64,000 bases of DNA from Rhodospirillaceae bacterium (GCA_027490975.1 JAIXXA010000145.1:5723-69722); one strand, 5' to 3'; numbered from the stretch's first letter, positions 37,693 through 47,908 are shown. The notes: generated by a model from the sequence alone, not told the origin. Numbers and translations are program-made.

Positions 37693-38379
37693 ATGATCGA
37701 CAAACAAAAAGCCACGCTAGGCGACGCGATGGCCGGGATCAAAGACGGCGCTGTCGTGCTGATCGCGGGCTTCGGCAATTCCGGCATTCCGGTCGAGCTC
37801 ATCGACGCGCTGATCGACCAGGGCGCCAAAGACCTCACGGTCGTTTCGAACAACGCGGGCTCGGGCCGCACGGATGTGGCGAAGCTGCTGGCTTCGGGCC
37901 ATGTGCGCAAGCTCGTATGTTCGTATCCGCGCACCTCGGGCTCGGTCGTATTCGAGGAGATGTACAGTGCCGGCCGCCTCGAGCTTGAGCTCGTGCCGCA
38001 GGGCACGCTCAGCGAGCGCCTGCGTGCCGCGGCCGCCGGGATCGGCGGCTTCTACACGCCCACGGCCGCCGGCACCAAACTCGCCGCCGGCAAGGAGACC
38101 CGCACGATCAACGGGCGCGACTACGTGCTCGAAATGCCGCTCAAAGGCGATGTGGCGCTGGTCAAGGCCGAGCGGGCAGACCGCTGGGGCAATCTCACCT
38201 ACCGGCTGGCCGCGCGCAATTTCGGGCCGACCATGGCTGCGGCGGCCGATCTCACGATCGTGCAGGCGCGCCACATCGTCGAGCTCGGCGGCATCGATCC
38301 CGAACAGGTCGTAACCCCCGGCCTGTTCGTCGATCGCGTCGTGCATGTGCCCAACCCCAAACAAGCAGGCACGCCGTGA
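37693..38379 (+). CDS. scoA: 3-oxoacid CoA-transferase subunit A
   Basis: Family I CoA-transferase alpha-subunit motifs. Confidence 0.85.
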   Translation: MIDKQKATLGDAMAGIKDGAVVLIAGFGNSGIPVELIDALIDQGAKDLTVVSNNAGSGRTDVAKLLASGHVRKLVCSYPRTSGSVVFEEMYSAGRLELELVPQGTLSERLRAAAAGIGGFYTPTAAGTKLAAGKETRTINGRDYVLEMPLKGDVALVKAERADRWGNLTYRLAARNFGPTMAAAADLTIVQARHIVELGGIDPEQVVTPGLFVDRVVHVPNPKQAGTP

Positions 38380-39056
38380 TGAAACCGCTCGCCCTGAAAG
38401 GTCTGGATCGCGAAGCCATCGCGCGACGCGCGGCCCAAGATCTGTGGGACGGTGCCGTCGTCAATCTCGGCATCGGTCTGCCGACTTTGGTCGCCAACTA
38501 CGTGCCCGCCGGCCGCGAGATCGTCTACCACTCCGAGAACGGCGTGCTCGGCGTTGGTCCCTCGCCGCTGGCAAACGACGTCGACCCCGATCTCATCAAC
38601 GCGTCGAAAACGCCGATCACGCTGGTGCCCGGTGCGTCGATCTTCCACCACACCGACGCGTTCGTCATGATTCGTGGCGGGCATATCGATCTGGCCTTGC
38701 TCGGCGCCATGCAGGTCTCGGAAGCGGGCGATCTTGCCAATTGGTCGACCGGCGACGAGAAGATGCCGCCGGCCGTGGGCGGCGCCATGGATTTGGCGGC
38801 CGGGGCCAAGGGCGTTTACGTGCTGATGGAGCACACGACCAAAGACGGGGCGCCCAAAATCGTTCCTTCCTGCACCTATCCGCTGACGGCCGCGCGTGTC
38901 GTCACGCGGATTTTCACCAATTTGGCCGTCATCGACGTGACCGATGGCGGGCTTGTGGTGCGCGAAATGGCGCCCGGAGTCGATTTCGAAGCGCTTTGCG
39001 CCCGAACTGGCGCCAAACTTCATCTGGCGTCGGATTGGCGGCAGATAGGGGCTTGA
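38376..39056 (+). CDS. scoB: 3-oxoacid CoA-transferase subunit B
   Basis: Beta-subunit with SENG catalytic Glu motif; ATGA overlap with scoA. Confidence 0.85.
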   Translation: MMKPLALKGLDREAIARRAAQDLWDGAVVNLGIGLPTLVANYVPAGREIVYHSENGVLGVGPSPLANDVDPDLINASKTPITLVPGASIFHHTDAFVMIRGGHIDLALLGAMQVSEAGDLANWSTGDEKMPPAVGGAMDLAAGAKGVYVLMEHTTKDGAPKIVPSCTYPLTAARVVTRIFTNLAVIDVTDGGLVVREMAPGVDFEALCARTGAKLHLASDWRQIGA

Positions 39057-39193
39057 TTTTGGTTAATTTTGCATTTATCTCTTGACGGCTGACTGCGATG
39101 GCGAATTTGAACACGCCGCGGGCGAGAACTGGCCCCGTTGTCCGAGCATAACTTGACACGGCCCCTGCTTGCGGGCGCGTTGTGGAGGTTGTC

Positions 39194-40036
39194 TTGGTCG
39201 CTTCGCTGTCCACCTCGGTCAATACGAATCTGGGCGCCATTTCGGCACTTGCGTCGCTGCGCAAGATCAATGCCGAACTGCTGGTCGCCAACAAGCAACT
39301 GCAGACCGGCTACCGGGTCGCGGACGCGAGCGACGACGCCTCGACCTTCTCGGTTGCGCAAGGCCTGCGCGGCGATCTGCAGGCTTTCTCGGCCGTGCAG
39401 AGCTCGCTTGCCAACGGCGTCGGCCTCGGGGCCGTAACGCAAGCCGCGCTGACCTCGATCTCGGACACGGCCGGCAACATCCAAGCCAAGCTCGTGCAGC
39501 TGTCCGACGGTTCGATCACGGCCGCTCAGCGCACGATCTACACGGCCGACTACAATACGCTCACGTCCCAGATCAACAATTTCATCGCGCAGGCGAACTA
39601 CAACGGCACCAACCTGATTTCGTCGGGCTCGACCGCGCGCACCTATCTTTCGAGCATAACCGGCAGCACGCTGAGCCTGTCGGGCCTGGGCGCGACGGCA
39701 ACGGCGCTGACGACCTTCACCGGTGCCGTGAACGTCTCGACCGCTTCGGACGCCGCGAACTCGCTGACCGCACTCACGACCTTCCAGAACGCGATCGCGT
39801 CGTCGCTTTCGACGAGCGCGACGGAGTCGCGCACGCTCTCGGTGCAGTCGAGCTTCCAATCGGCCGTGACCGATGCCGTCACGACGGGCCTTGGCGCTCT
39901 CATCGACGCCGATATCGGCAAGGCCTCGGCGCAGAGCCAGTCGCTGCAGGTGCGCCAGCAATTGGCCGTGCAGTCGCTGGCGATCGCCAACCAGCAGCCG
40001 GGCGTGCTGCTCGGCCTGTTCAACAACAGCCGCTGA
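39194..40036 (+). CDS. fliC: Flagellin (about 280 aa, short alphaproteobacterial type)
   Basis: Conserved D0/D1 N- and C-terminal flagellin segments; TTG start with GGAGG Shine-Dalgarno 5 nt upstream. Confidence 0.8.
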   Translation: MVASLSTSVNTNLGAISALASLRKINAELLVANKQLQTGYRVADASDDASTFSVAQGLRGDLQAFSAVQSSLANGVGLGAVTQAALTSISDTAGNIQAKLVQLSDGSITAAQRTIYTADYNTLTSQINNFIAQANYNGTNLISSGSTARTYLSSITGSTLSLSGLGATATALTTFTGAVNVSTASDAANSLTALTTFQNAIASSLSTSATESRTLSVQSSFQSAVTDAVTTGLGALIDADIGKASAQSQSLQVRQQLAVQSLAIANQQPGVLLGLFNNSR

Positions 40037-40053
40037 ACCTTCGTCCCTAAAGC

Positions 40054-41001
40054 CTAATTGACGGGCGTCAGCTTCGGGCGCCCTTCGAGATGCGCCACGA
40101 GATTGTCGACCGTGAGGTCGCCCATCGCTTTGCGCGTCTCGACCGTAGCCGAGCCGACATGCGGGGCCAGCGCCACGTTGTCGAGCGCGAAAAACGCCGG
40201 CGGAACGCGCGGCTCGTCGTCGAACACGTCGAGCCCCGCCCCTGCGATCGTGCCGTTCTGCAAGGCCGCCAGCAGGGCCGTTTCGTCCACGACCGAACCG
40301 CGCGCCACGTTCACGAGATAGCCGCGCGGGCCCAGCGCCTTCAGCACATCGGCGTTCACGAGATGGCGCGTCGCCGCGCCGCCCGGCGTGATTACGACCA
40401 GCACGTCGCACCAGCTGGCAAGATCGACGAGTTTGTCGAAATAGCGCAGCGACACGTCCGCCTGCTTGGTGCGGCCGTGATACGCCACTTCCATGTCGAA
40501 TCCGCCCGCGCGTTTGGCGATCGTTTTGCCGATGCGCCCGAAGCCCAGAATGCCGAGTTTCTTGTGGTGCACCGACGTGGTCAGCGCCTGCGCGCCTTTG
40601 AGCCAGGAACCGTCGCGCACGAAACGGTCGGCCTGCGGCAATCTGCGCATTGCCCCCAGGATCAGGCCGAACGTCGTGTCGGCGACGCAGTCGTTGAGCA
40701 CGTCGGGCGTATTGGTCACGACGATGCCGCGCGCCGAGGCTGCCGCCACGTCGATCCCGTCGTACCCGACGCCGTTGCTCGCGATGATTTCAAGCTTCGG
40801 CAAAGCCGCGATCATCGCCGCCGGCACGATGCTGCCGCCGCTCGCCTGCATGAAACGGACATTGGCGGCGTGCGCCGCGAGGAACGCGTCGCGCTCCGCA
40901 CCGGCAGGCGGCAGCAGATGCGCCGTGAACCGCTCCTGCAGCCGCGCCCAGCTGCTGTCGGGAAGTTTGGCGGTCGAGATCAGATCGGGCTTGGCGGCCA
41001 T
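40054..41001 (-). CDS. D-isomer-specific 2-hydroxyacid dehydrogenase (glyoxylate/hydroxypyruvate reductase-like)
   Basis: GFGRIG NAD motif; catalytic R/E/H pattern. Confidence 0.85.
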   Translation of the reverse strand: MAAKPDLISTAKLPDSSWARLQERFTAHLLPPAGAERDAFLAAHAANVRFMQASGGSIVPAAMIAALPKLEIIASNGVGYDGIDVAAASARGIVVTNTPDVLNDCVADTTFGLILGAMRRLPQADRFVRDGSWLKGAQALTTSVHHKKLGILGFGRIGKTIAKRAGGFDMEVAYHGRTKQADVSLRYFDKLVDLASWCDVLVVITPGGAATRHLVNADVLKALGPRGYLVNVARGSVVDETALLAALQNGTIAGAGLDVFDDEPRVPPAFFALDNVALAPHVGSATVETRKAMGDLTVDNLVAHLEGRPKLTPVN

Positions 41002-41020
41002 GGCGGCAACCCTTTCGGCT

Positions 41021-41785
41021 TCAGGATTTGAAACGCTGGGCGAGCGCGTCGGTGTTCTTGAGCAGCACGCCGTTGTCGGAACCGACGGCGACGAACTGGT
41101 AGCCTTCGGCCAAACGCTTTTTGGCCTCGTCTTCCACGCCCGTGAGATAGCCGCCGGCCTTGCCCGCCGCGCGAATTTCGCCGATCGCGGCCGTGATCAC
41201 CTTCTGCACGTCCGCATGCTGGAAGTTGCCGAGATGACCCATCGAGGCCGCAAGGTCCGACGGGCCGATGAACACGCCGTCCACGCCGTCGACCGATGCG
41301 ATCTCGCGCAGGCGGCCGATCGCTTCCATGGTTTCGACCTGCACCAGCACGCAGATCTCGTCGTTGGCCTTCTTGAGATAGTCCTTGACGCGCCCGAAAT
41401 TCGAGGCGCGCGCCGTGGTGGCGACGCCGCGAATGCCGTGCGGCGGATAGCGCGTTGCCGCAACCGCGCGTTTGGCCTCTTCGGGCGTCTGCACGAACGG
41501 AAACAACAGGCTCTGAACGCCGATGTCGAGCAGGCGCTTTACGAGCACGGCGTCGTTCCAGGCCGGGCGCACGATCGGCGTGGCCGTACCGCCCTTCATG
41601 GCCTGCAGCTGCGAGACGAGGCCCGGCAATTCGTTGGGCGAATGTTCGGTGTCGAGCAGGATCCAGTCGAAGCCCGAATGCGCAATGCCCTCGGCGACCA
41701 TGTTCGAGCCCAGGCTCGACCACAGGCCGATCTGCGGCTTGCCTTCTTTGAGCGCTTTCTTGAAGGCGTTGACTGGCAATTCCAT
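41021..41785 (-). CDS. HpcH/HpaI-family 2-keto-3-deoxy-acid aldolase
   Basis: TIM-barrel aldolase motifs (LLDTEHSP, VQVET). Confidence 0.8.
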   Translation of the reverse strand: MELPVNAFKKALKEGKPQIGLWSSLGSNMVAEGIAHSGFDWILLDTEHSPNELPGLVSQLQAMKGGTATPIVRPAWNDAVLVKRLLDIGVQSLLFPFVQTPEEAKRAVAATRYPPHGIRGVATTARASNFGRVKDYLKKANDEICVLVQVETMEAIGRLREIASVDGVDGVFIGPSDLAASMGHLGNFQHADVQKVITAAIGEIRAAGKAGGYLTGVEDEAKKRLAEGYQFVAVGSDNGVLLKNTDALAQRFKS

Positions 41786-41829
41786 GGCGACGTTCTCCCC
41801 CTCGTCTTTCGCGTGTTGTTGATAGCGTC

Positions 41830-42948
41830 TTAAGCCGGTCCGTCCTGTTGTGCAACAAGATCGGCGACATGGGCCCCGATCGCGCCCGATGCCGTGAGGC
41901 CGGGCGATTCGATGCCGTAGAGCGCGAAATAGCCCGCAACGCCGTGCGTTTCGGGCCCCTGGATCAGGAAATCCGGGTTGCTTGCCCCTTGCGGCACGAT
42001 CTTGGGCCGGATGCCCGAGTAGGAGGGTTGGATCGCCCCGTCTTTGAGGCCGGGCCAATAGCGGCGCACTTCGGCATAGAAGGATTCGCTGCGCTTGGGA
42101 TCGACGTCGTAGTCGATCGCGTCGATCCATTCGACGTCGGGGCCAAAACGCGCCTGGCCTGCAAGGTCGATCGTGATGTGCACGCCGAGCCCGCCCGGAG
42201 CGGGAACCGGGTAGATGAGCCGCGAAAACGGCGGGCGGCCCTGGAGTGCGAAGTAGTTGCCCTTGGCGTAATAGAGGGGCGGCACATCGGTTTGCTTGAT
42301 GCCGTCGATCGCATTGGCGATCTTCTGGGCGCCCAAGCCTGCGGCATTCACGAAAGTGCGCGCTTTGATCTGCATCGGCGACGCCCCCCCGGTCGCGAGC
42401 ACGATGCCGTCATTGGCGACGTAGCCGCCCACGACTGGCGTTTCGAAGGCGAGCATGGCGCCGCGATCCTCGGCCTCGCCCTGATAGGCCAGCATCAGCG
42501 CATGGCTGTCGACGATGCCGGTGGAGGGCGAGAGCAGCGCCGCAACGCACGTGAGCTCGGGCTCGATTGCGCGGGCGGCAGCGCCGTCGATGAGTTCGAG
42601 GTCGTCGACGCCGTTGGCAGCAGCCTGGGCGCGCAGTTTTTCGAGCGACGGAATCTGGCCGGCGTCGGTCGCGACGATCAGTTTCGTGCAGCGCCGATGC
42701 GCAAGCCCGCGCGCGGCGCAATAGTCGTAGATGAAGTGTTTGCCCGCCACGCACAGGCGCGCTTTGAGGCTGCCGGTCGGGTAGTAGATGCCGGCGTGGA
42801 TCACTTCGCTGTTGCGCGACGAGGTTTCCGTGCCGATCGCGTCGGCGGCTTCGAGCACGATCACGTCGCGCCCGGCAAGGGCGAGCGCGCACGCAACGGC
42901 AAGTCCCACCACGCCTGCCCCCGCGACGACGCAATCGGCCGTTTCCAA
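41830..42948 (-). CDS. FAD-dependent oxidoreductase (L-2-hydroxyglutarate oxidase/dehydrogenase-like)
   Basis: N-terminal GAGVVG FAD motif; LhgO/YgaF-like length and C-terminus. Confidence 0.7.
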   Translation of the reverse strand: METADCVVAGAGVVGLAVACALALAGRDVIVLEAADAIGTETSSRNSEVIHAGIYYPTGSLKARLCVAGKHFIYDYCAARGLAHRRCTKLIVATDAGQIPSLEKLRAQAAANGVDDLELIDGAAARAIEPELTCVAALLSPSTGIVDSHALMLAYQGEAEDRGAMLAFETPVVGGYVANDGIVLATGGASPMQIKARTFVNAAGLGAQKIANAIDGIKQTDVPPLYYAKGNYFALQGRPPFSRLIYPVPAPGGLGVHITIDLAGQARFGPDVEWIDAIDYDVDPKRSESFYAEVRRYWPGLKDGAIQPSYSGIRPKIVPQGASNPDFLIQGPETHGVAGYFALYGIESPGLTASGAIGAHVADLVAQQDGPA

Positions 42949-42960
42949 GCGCAGGCCCTT

Positions 42961-43227
42961 TTATTCGCCGTAGGGGCTGGGGCGCGCGTCGAGCATCGCG
43001 TTCCAGATCGGCATCACGACGTCGCCGGGCCGCTTGGTGCCGTAGACGATGGCCTTGACGGCCGCGTCGAACATCGGGCGCGACGGCACGGCCGGCACGA
43101 TATGGTAGCCGGCGCGCTCGAGCGCTTGGATCGCGGCCTGCGCCTGGACGCTGTAGTTCTCGAAAAAATAGCGCGTGTCGGCTTCGCGGATAGCGCGCGC
43201 GAGGATGAGATCGGGCGTTTCGGGCAT
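42961..43227 (-). CDS. Small (88 aa) hypothetical protein translationally coupled to cheZ-like gene
   Basis: ATGA overlap with upstream gene; no recognisable family. Confidence 0.45.
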   Translation of the reverse strand: MPETPDLILARAIREADTRYFFENYSVQAQAAIQALERAGYHIVPAVPSRPMFDAAVKAIVYGTKRPGDVVMPIWNAMLDARPSPYGE

Positions 43228-44000
43228 CAGTCGAAGAGCTTGTCGATGTCGGACTGCGAGTTGGTTTTGTCGACGTCCTGCGGCCCGTGCAGCACCACGC
43301 CGCCGACGTCCTTGATGTGGATGCTGTCGGCGTCCGACACCGGCAGCAGCTTGATCTCTTCGGTGCCCCAGATTTCCATCATCTTCTGCACGCGCTCTTC
43401 GATGAAGGCGAGCGTGCGCACGACCTTGTTGATGCGCTGGCCGGTCAGATCCTGGAACGAGCAGGCCTCGATGATCGCGGTGCACATGTCCGAGATTTCG
43501 GCGATGCGCTGCTGGCCGTATTCGTCGATCTTCATCGTGCGCAGCTCGCGCGCGATCTCCTCGATCTTTTCCACGCCGTCGAAAATCTGCGAGGTTGCGG
43601 TTTCGGTCTGCGAGACGACCGAAGACAGTTCCATCGATGCGCTCGCGAGTTTGTCTTCGGTCGCAAGCGGATGCTTGAGGGCGCCGATTTCGCGTTTGGT
43701 CTGCGCGATGCGCGCGGCGATGCCGTGCACCTCGTCGCGGATCTTGTTGATCTCCGTCATGTCGAACCCGGGGGCCGCAGCGGCCGCCGTGCCGATGCCG
43801 TCGATCTTCTTGCCGAGATCGGCGATGTCGGCCCGCAAGGCCGCGATCGCGGCGGCCGCATCACCGCCCAGCGCTGCCGCCGGCAGCGCAAGCGCGCCCG
43901 TTTTGGCGAGCGGGGCCGCCGTATGGCCGTTCGCAGGCATCTTGCCTTCGCGGATCAGCAGCTTTTCGGCCGTGAATACGGATCTTTGCAGCGGCGGCAT
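43227..44000 (-). CDS. cheZ: CheZ-like CheY-P phosphatase
   Basis: Catalytic CheZ motif FQDLTGQRI and acidic C-terminal CheA-binding-like tail (SQSDIDKLFD). Confidence 0.65.
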   Translation of the reverse strand: MPPLQRSVFTAEKLLIREGKMPANGHTAAPLAKTGALALPAAALGGDAAAAIAALRADIADLGKKIDGIGTAAAAAPGFDMTEINKIRDEVHGIAARIAQTKREIGALKHPLATEDKLASASMELSSVVSQTETATSQIFDGVEKIEEIARELRTMKIDEYGQQRIAEISDMCTAIIEACSFQDLTGQRINKVVRTLAFIEERVQKMMEIWGTEEIKLLPVSDADSIHIKDVGGVVLHGPQDVDKTNSQSDIDKLFD

Positions 44001-44078
44001 GGCGTCATGACCTCACGTTTGGGCATCCCCGGAAACGGCCGTTTTTATCACGAACGACTCGCCGAAATCCCGAGATAA

Positions 44079-44999
44079 TTAAGGACGGGCCAGCGAGGCT
44101 TCGATGCCGTTTTTAACCACCACATTCAGCACGTCCGGGGCCACGCCGGCAAGCCAGCGCAGATATTCGAGCGCTTGCAAGGCGCGCCCTGCCCCCACCC
44201 GCACGCCGTGATTCAGGCTTATGCTCGTAAGGCCGGCCAAAATGCGCAGATCGAGGATCTGGGCGGGGGTCTGGGCTAGCACCGTGTTGGCGGGCAGGCC
44301 CGCAAGCGGCAGGAGATCGGTCGCAATGTCGAGATTGACGATATTCTGGGCATCACCCCAGCCCGGATGGGACGGCCCCCAGATCCCGGCAAATCGAGCA
44401 AAGTCGCCGGCCGCGCTGCCGCGGCTTTTGTCGGGCGCTTGGCCGGCCCCGCCGCGATCGGCGACAGCGCGGATGATCGCACCGGGGGCGAATTCGCAGC
44501 GCCCGCCGGCCTTCCAGATGCGCAAACCCAGATCCGGGTCGGCGTGGAATTTGACGTATCCCTCGTCGAATCCGCCGCCGACAGTCGCAAGGGTCGTGCG
44601 ACGCAGCATGAAAAAATACGGGTAGTAGCGCCCATAGACGCTGCCGACGGCCGTAATCCCGCGCACCCCGAGCGGAAATCCGACCGCAAGCAGCGGCACT
44701 TCGGGCTCGCGCGTCTGCAGATGCGCAAGCGCGAGGCGCAAAGCGCCGGGATCGAGCCGGTTGTCGTCGGCCAGCAGCACCAGAATGTCGCCACTCGCAG
44801 CCGCAAAACCGAGATTGCAGGCGGCGATCGATCCGCGCGGGTTTTCCTCTTTGACCCATCGCAGGTGCGGGCCTGCGATTTCGAACGGCGAGACGACGAC
44901 GATTTCATGGTCGAGGCCGGCTGCCTCGGCGCGGGCCGCGTCGATCGCCCCGGCCACGAGCGTGGGAAAGATCGAGGGCAGCACGAAGCTGATTTTCAT
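44079..44999 (-). CDS. Glycosyltransferase family 2-like protein
   Basis: GT-A N-terminal fold with DD acidic motif; ATGA overlap with epimerase. Confidence 0.5.
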   Translation of the reverse strand: MKISFVLPSIFPTLVAGAIDAARAEAAGLDHEIVVVSPFEIAGPHLRWVKEENPRGSIAACNLGFAAASGDILVLLADDNRLDPGALRLALAHLQTREPEVPLLAVGFPLGVRGITAVGSVYGRYYPYFFMLRRTTLATVGGGFDEGYVKFHADPDLGLRIWKAGGRCEFAPGAIIRAVADRGGAGQAPDKSRGSAAGDFARFAGIWGPSHPGWGDAQNIVNLDIATDLLPLAGLPANTVLAQTPAQILDLRILAGLTSISLNHGVRVGAGRALQALEYLRWLAGVAPDVLNVVVKNGIEASLARP

Positions 45000-45982
45000 G
45001 GCACAGCGGCCGGCGCAAGATCGGGCCGATTCTGTCGCCACCAGGCAAGCGTGCGCTTGATGCCGTCGTCGAGAGCGACCTGCGGCGTCCAGCCAAACTC
45101 CGTGGCGAAACGGCTGCAATCGAGCGCTGTACGCGTGTCGATCGTCGGCCGGCTCGGGTCGAGTTCGATCGCCAGCGTGCGGCCCGAAAGCGCAATGATG
45201 CGTTCGGCCAACGCCAGCGTCGAGATCGTTTTTCCGCTCCCCAAATTGTAGAGCCCGAACGCTGCGCGCTGGCGCTCGACCGCAAGCTTGACGGCCGCGC
45301 AAAGATCGTCGGCATGCAAGAGATCGCGTTCGGCAAGCCCCGTGCCCCAATGCACGAGTTTGCCGTTGGTCGCGGTCAGCGCCTTGGTGACCGTGGCGCC
45401 GAAAACGTGGCTGCGCGCGAGGTCGAACTTGTCGTAAGGACCGTAAACATTGGTGTGGCGAAAGGCCGTGAAGCGCGTGCGCCCGAGGCTCGCGTACCAG
45501 GCGCACATGCGTTCGAAATAGACCTTTGTCGTCGCCGCCCCCACATAGGCCGGGTGGAGCGGCAGCGCGGGATCGTAGTCGTCCTCGCGCTGCGGCTCGG
45601 GCGTATCGGCATACATGACGGCGCACGAGAACCAGACCACATGCGCCACTCCCGCCTTGTGGGCCGTCGCGAAGATCCGTGCGGTCATCACTTGGTTGTC
45701 GACCACAAGCGACAGCGGATCGTGCAGATTGGCGGCCGACCCTGCGGTTGCAGCCGCCGCGTGGATCGCGAGCGCAGCCCCCTTGAGGGCCGCGTCCACG
45801 CCTGCCTGCGTGGTGAGATCGGCCGACCGCCACGCAATGCGCGGATGCTCGAAGGCCGGACGGCGATGGCAGATCGCCGTCACGCGGTAGGCGGGATCGG
45901 CCGCAAAAAACTCGGCGATATTGCGACCGACGAACCCGGTGGCGCCGAGGACGACGACGTCGGTCACGGCCAGGTCAGCCAA
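44996..45982 (-). CDS. NAD-dependent sugar epimerase/dehydratase (extended SDR)
   Basis: GATGFVG Rossmann motif, YxxxK. Confidence 0.8.
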   Translation of the reverse strand: MADLAVTDVVVLGATGFVGRNIAEFFAADPAYRVTAICHRRPAFEHPRIAWRSADLTTQAGVDAALKGAALAIHAAAATAGSAANLHDPLSLVVDNQVMTARIFATAHKAGVAHVVWFSCAVMYADTPEPQREDDYDPALPLHPAYVGAATTKVYFERMCAWYASLGRTRFTAFRHTNVYGPYDKFDLARSHVFGATVTKALTATNGKLVHWGTGLAERDLLHADDLCAAVKLAVERQRAAFGLYNLGSGKTISTLALAERIIALSGRTLAIELDPSRPTIDTRTALDCSRFATEFGWTPQVALDDGIKRTLAWWRQNRPDLAPAAVP

Positions 45983-46033
45983 GACAGAACGCGCCGCCGC
46001 ACCGCCTTGCGCATGGCAAGCGACGCGGCCGAC

Positions 46034-46255
46034 TTACGCGAGCAGATTGATTTCGGTGCCGCGGCTCTGCAGGGCCGTGGTCGAAACGTCCGACGTTTCG
46101 CCGGCAGCTGCCTGGATGCCGCGCTGCACTCGCGTTGCGACAACCTGGGCAACCTGCTGGGTGGTGTCGTTGTAAAGCTCGCCGCGATTAAGGGCCGCTT
46201 TTTGGACAGGCAGAAAACTGGCCGTAAGGCCGGACGCACCAATTGCTGACGCCAT
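46034..46255 (-). CDS. Small (73 aa) hypothetical protein with strong RBS
   Basis: GGAGAA 7 nt upstream of ATG; Ala/Thr/Gln-rich. Confidence 0.45.
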   Translation of the reverse strand: MASAIGASGLTASFLPVQKAALNRGELYNDTTQQVAQVVATRVQRGIQAAAGETSDVSTTALQSRGTEINLLA

Positions 46256-46337
46256 CGGGATTCTCCATGGACAAAAATTCGTTAACCTTTTTTAACCCAA
46301 CGGCGCCCAATCTGTCGAGGTCCTTGAAGGGGTCCGC

Positions 46338-46892
46338 CTATTTGCGGGTCTTTTTGGCCTTTTTCGCCTTTTTGGCGCGATCGATGCCCTCGGCGATCAG
46401 CTTTTCGGCGCCTTTGGCATCGACCCACTTTACGATCGTGACCCACTTGCCCTTCTCGAGATCCTTGTAATGCTTGAAGAAATGCGCGATCTGCTCGATC
46501 AGGATTTCGGGCAGATCGGTGTAGTTTTTGACGCCCGTGTAGAACGGATGCAGTTTGTCGACCGGGACCGCGACGATTTTCTCGTCGGGCCCGCCCTCGT
46601 CTTCCATCAGGAGCGCGCCGATCGGGCGCGAGCGGATCACAGCACCGGGAACGACCGGCACGTGGCCGACGACGATCACGTCGACCGGGTCGCCGTCGCC
46701 CGACAGCGTGTGCGGGATGAAGCCGTAATTGGCGGGATAGCGCATGGCCGTGTGCAGGAAGCGGTCGACGAACAAGGCGCCCGAGGCCTTGTCGATTTCG
46801 TATTTGACCGGTTCGCCGCCGAGCGGAATTTCGATGAGCACGTTGACGTCGTGCGGCGGCTTGGCACCGATCGAGATTTTTTGGATGTCCAT
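46338..46892 (-). CDS. ppa: Inorganic pyrophosphatase
   Basis: Family I PPase signature (DGDPVDV, EIP motif); start at MDIQKIS, frame-derived coordinate. Confidence 0.9.
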   Translation of the reverse strand: MDIQKISIGAKPPHDVNVLIEIPLGGEPVKYEIDKASGALFVDRFLHTAMRYPANYGFIPHTLSGDGDPVDVIVVGHVPVVPGAVIRSRPIGALLMEDEGGPDEKIVAVPVDKLHPFYTGVKNYTDLPEILIEQIAHFFKHYKDLEKGKWVTIVKWVDAKGAEKLIAEGIDRAKKAKKAKKTRK

Positions 46893-46899
46893 TGCGATT

Positions 46900-47193
46900 C
46901 TAACCCTTGCGTTTGGCGCCGTTGAGGCGGTCGGACGTGATGTGGTAGCCGAGTTTGGGATCCATTTCGCCGGCCGCGTACATGACCGAGGCGAGTTTGT
47001 GGATGCGCGCCATGTTCGAGCGGTAGATCGAAACAAGCGCGCCCGGCGAGGTGCTGGAGATGCCTTCAAGATCGGCCAAAGCGCGCTGATCCACCGTGAA
47101 CTGCACGATTTTGGCGCCGTCGCGCGCCTCGATGACGACGCCGCCCTTCATATTGTCGAATTGGGCGCGTGCCCCTCCGAAATCCAACGGCAT
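46900..47193 (-). CDS. DUF1488-family small protein
   Basis: 97 aa from internal Met ([13 protein letters not shown]…); resembles DUF1488 N-terminus. Confidence 0.55.
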   Translation of the reverse strand: MPLDFGGARAQFDNMKGGVVIEARDGAKIVQFTVDQRALADLEGISSTSPGALVSIYRSNMARIHKLASVMYAAGEMDPKLGYHITSDRLNGAKRKG

Positions 47194-47320
47194 TTTCGTC
47201 TCCGAATCCTGCAGCTCGAAGCTTTCGCAACGCCGCCGACCGACGGCGCGCGTTTTGTAGCGAGTTTCCGGGCGCGGCGCTAGCCGCGCCAAAGCTCGAC
47301 GACAAACCGGCCGAGGATCG

Positions 47321-47366
47321 AAAAACAGCCGCCCCAAAGCCGCGCACGCGTGGGGCGGCGCTTTTG
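47321..47366. terminator. GC-rich hairpin (GCCGCCCCA…TGGGGCGGC) with flanking T-runs
   Basis: Inverted repeat with 9-bp stem; T-run on plus side (GCTTTTG) and on minus side (TGTTTTTCG); no upstream gene on either strand. Confidence 0.3.
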
Positions 47367-47908
47367 ACCCTCACGAAGCGCCAAGGCTGGCAGTTGCCGA
47401 CCGACGCTGCATGCCAAGCGATCGCCAGAATTCTGTCGTGCACGGTTTCGGCACGGGGCGTGTCGCGGCAGTGCGTAACTTCCCGCCACCAGACGAACAG
47501 ATCCGCGAGGTACAAGCAAAGGCCCGCGTCGATTCCCGGTGCGCCGCTGGGCCCGGAAACTTCCGTATCGCATTGCGCGGGGCTGCGTCGGCGGAGACCC
47601 GTGCCGCTTTCGGCATGCGCCGATCGAAAGCATTTTGGTCGCAATCAAAAGACATTGCAGCACGCCGAATCATCGACGAAAAAACCGAATTAAATCAGCG
47701 CTTTATCTGCATGTATACGAAGGTCTTCTTGTAATATGGTTAATTGGCATCATATCAGGATGAGTTGTCGTACAACTCGCTCCTCACTACGATTGTAGCG
47801 AAAGACATCGTCGCAAACGAAACAACGAGATCACGCAGAACTGGCCCACCCATCGCCAAAAAGTCCGCAAAAATTGCGGCGGGCAACTTGCCTCCTGGAG
47901 CATCCCGA

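Noticed and set aside
39056-39194. Possible sigma-54 promoter upstream of flagellin
   Set aside because: Best GG…GC candidates have 9-nt rather than 10-nt spacing, so not called
41848-44010. 720-aa plus ORF
   Set aside because: Antisense to oxidoreductase, small ORF and cheZ-like genes
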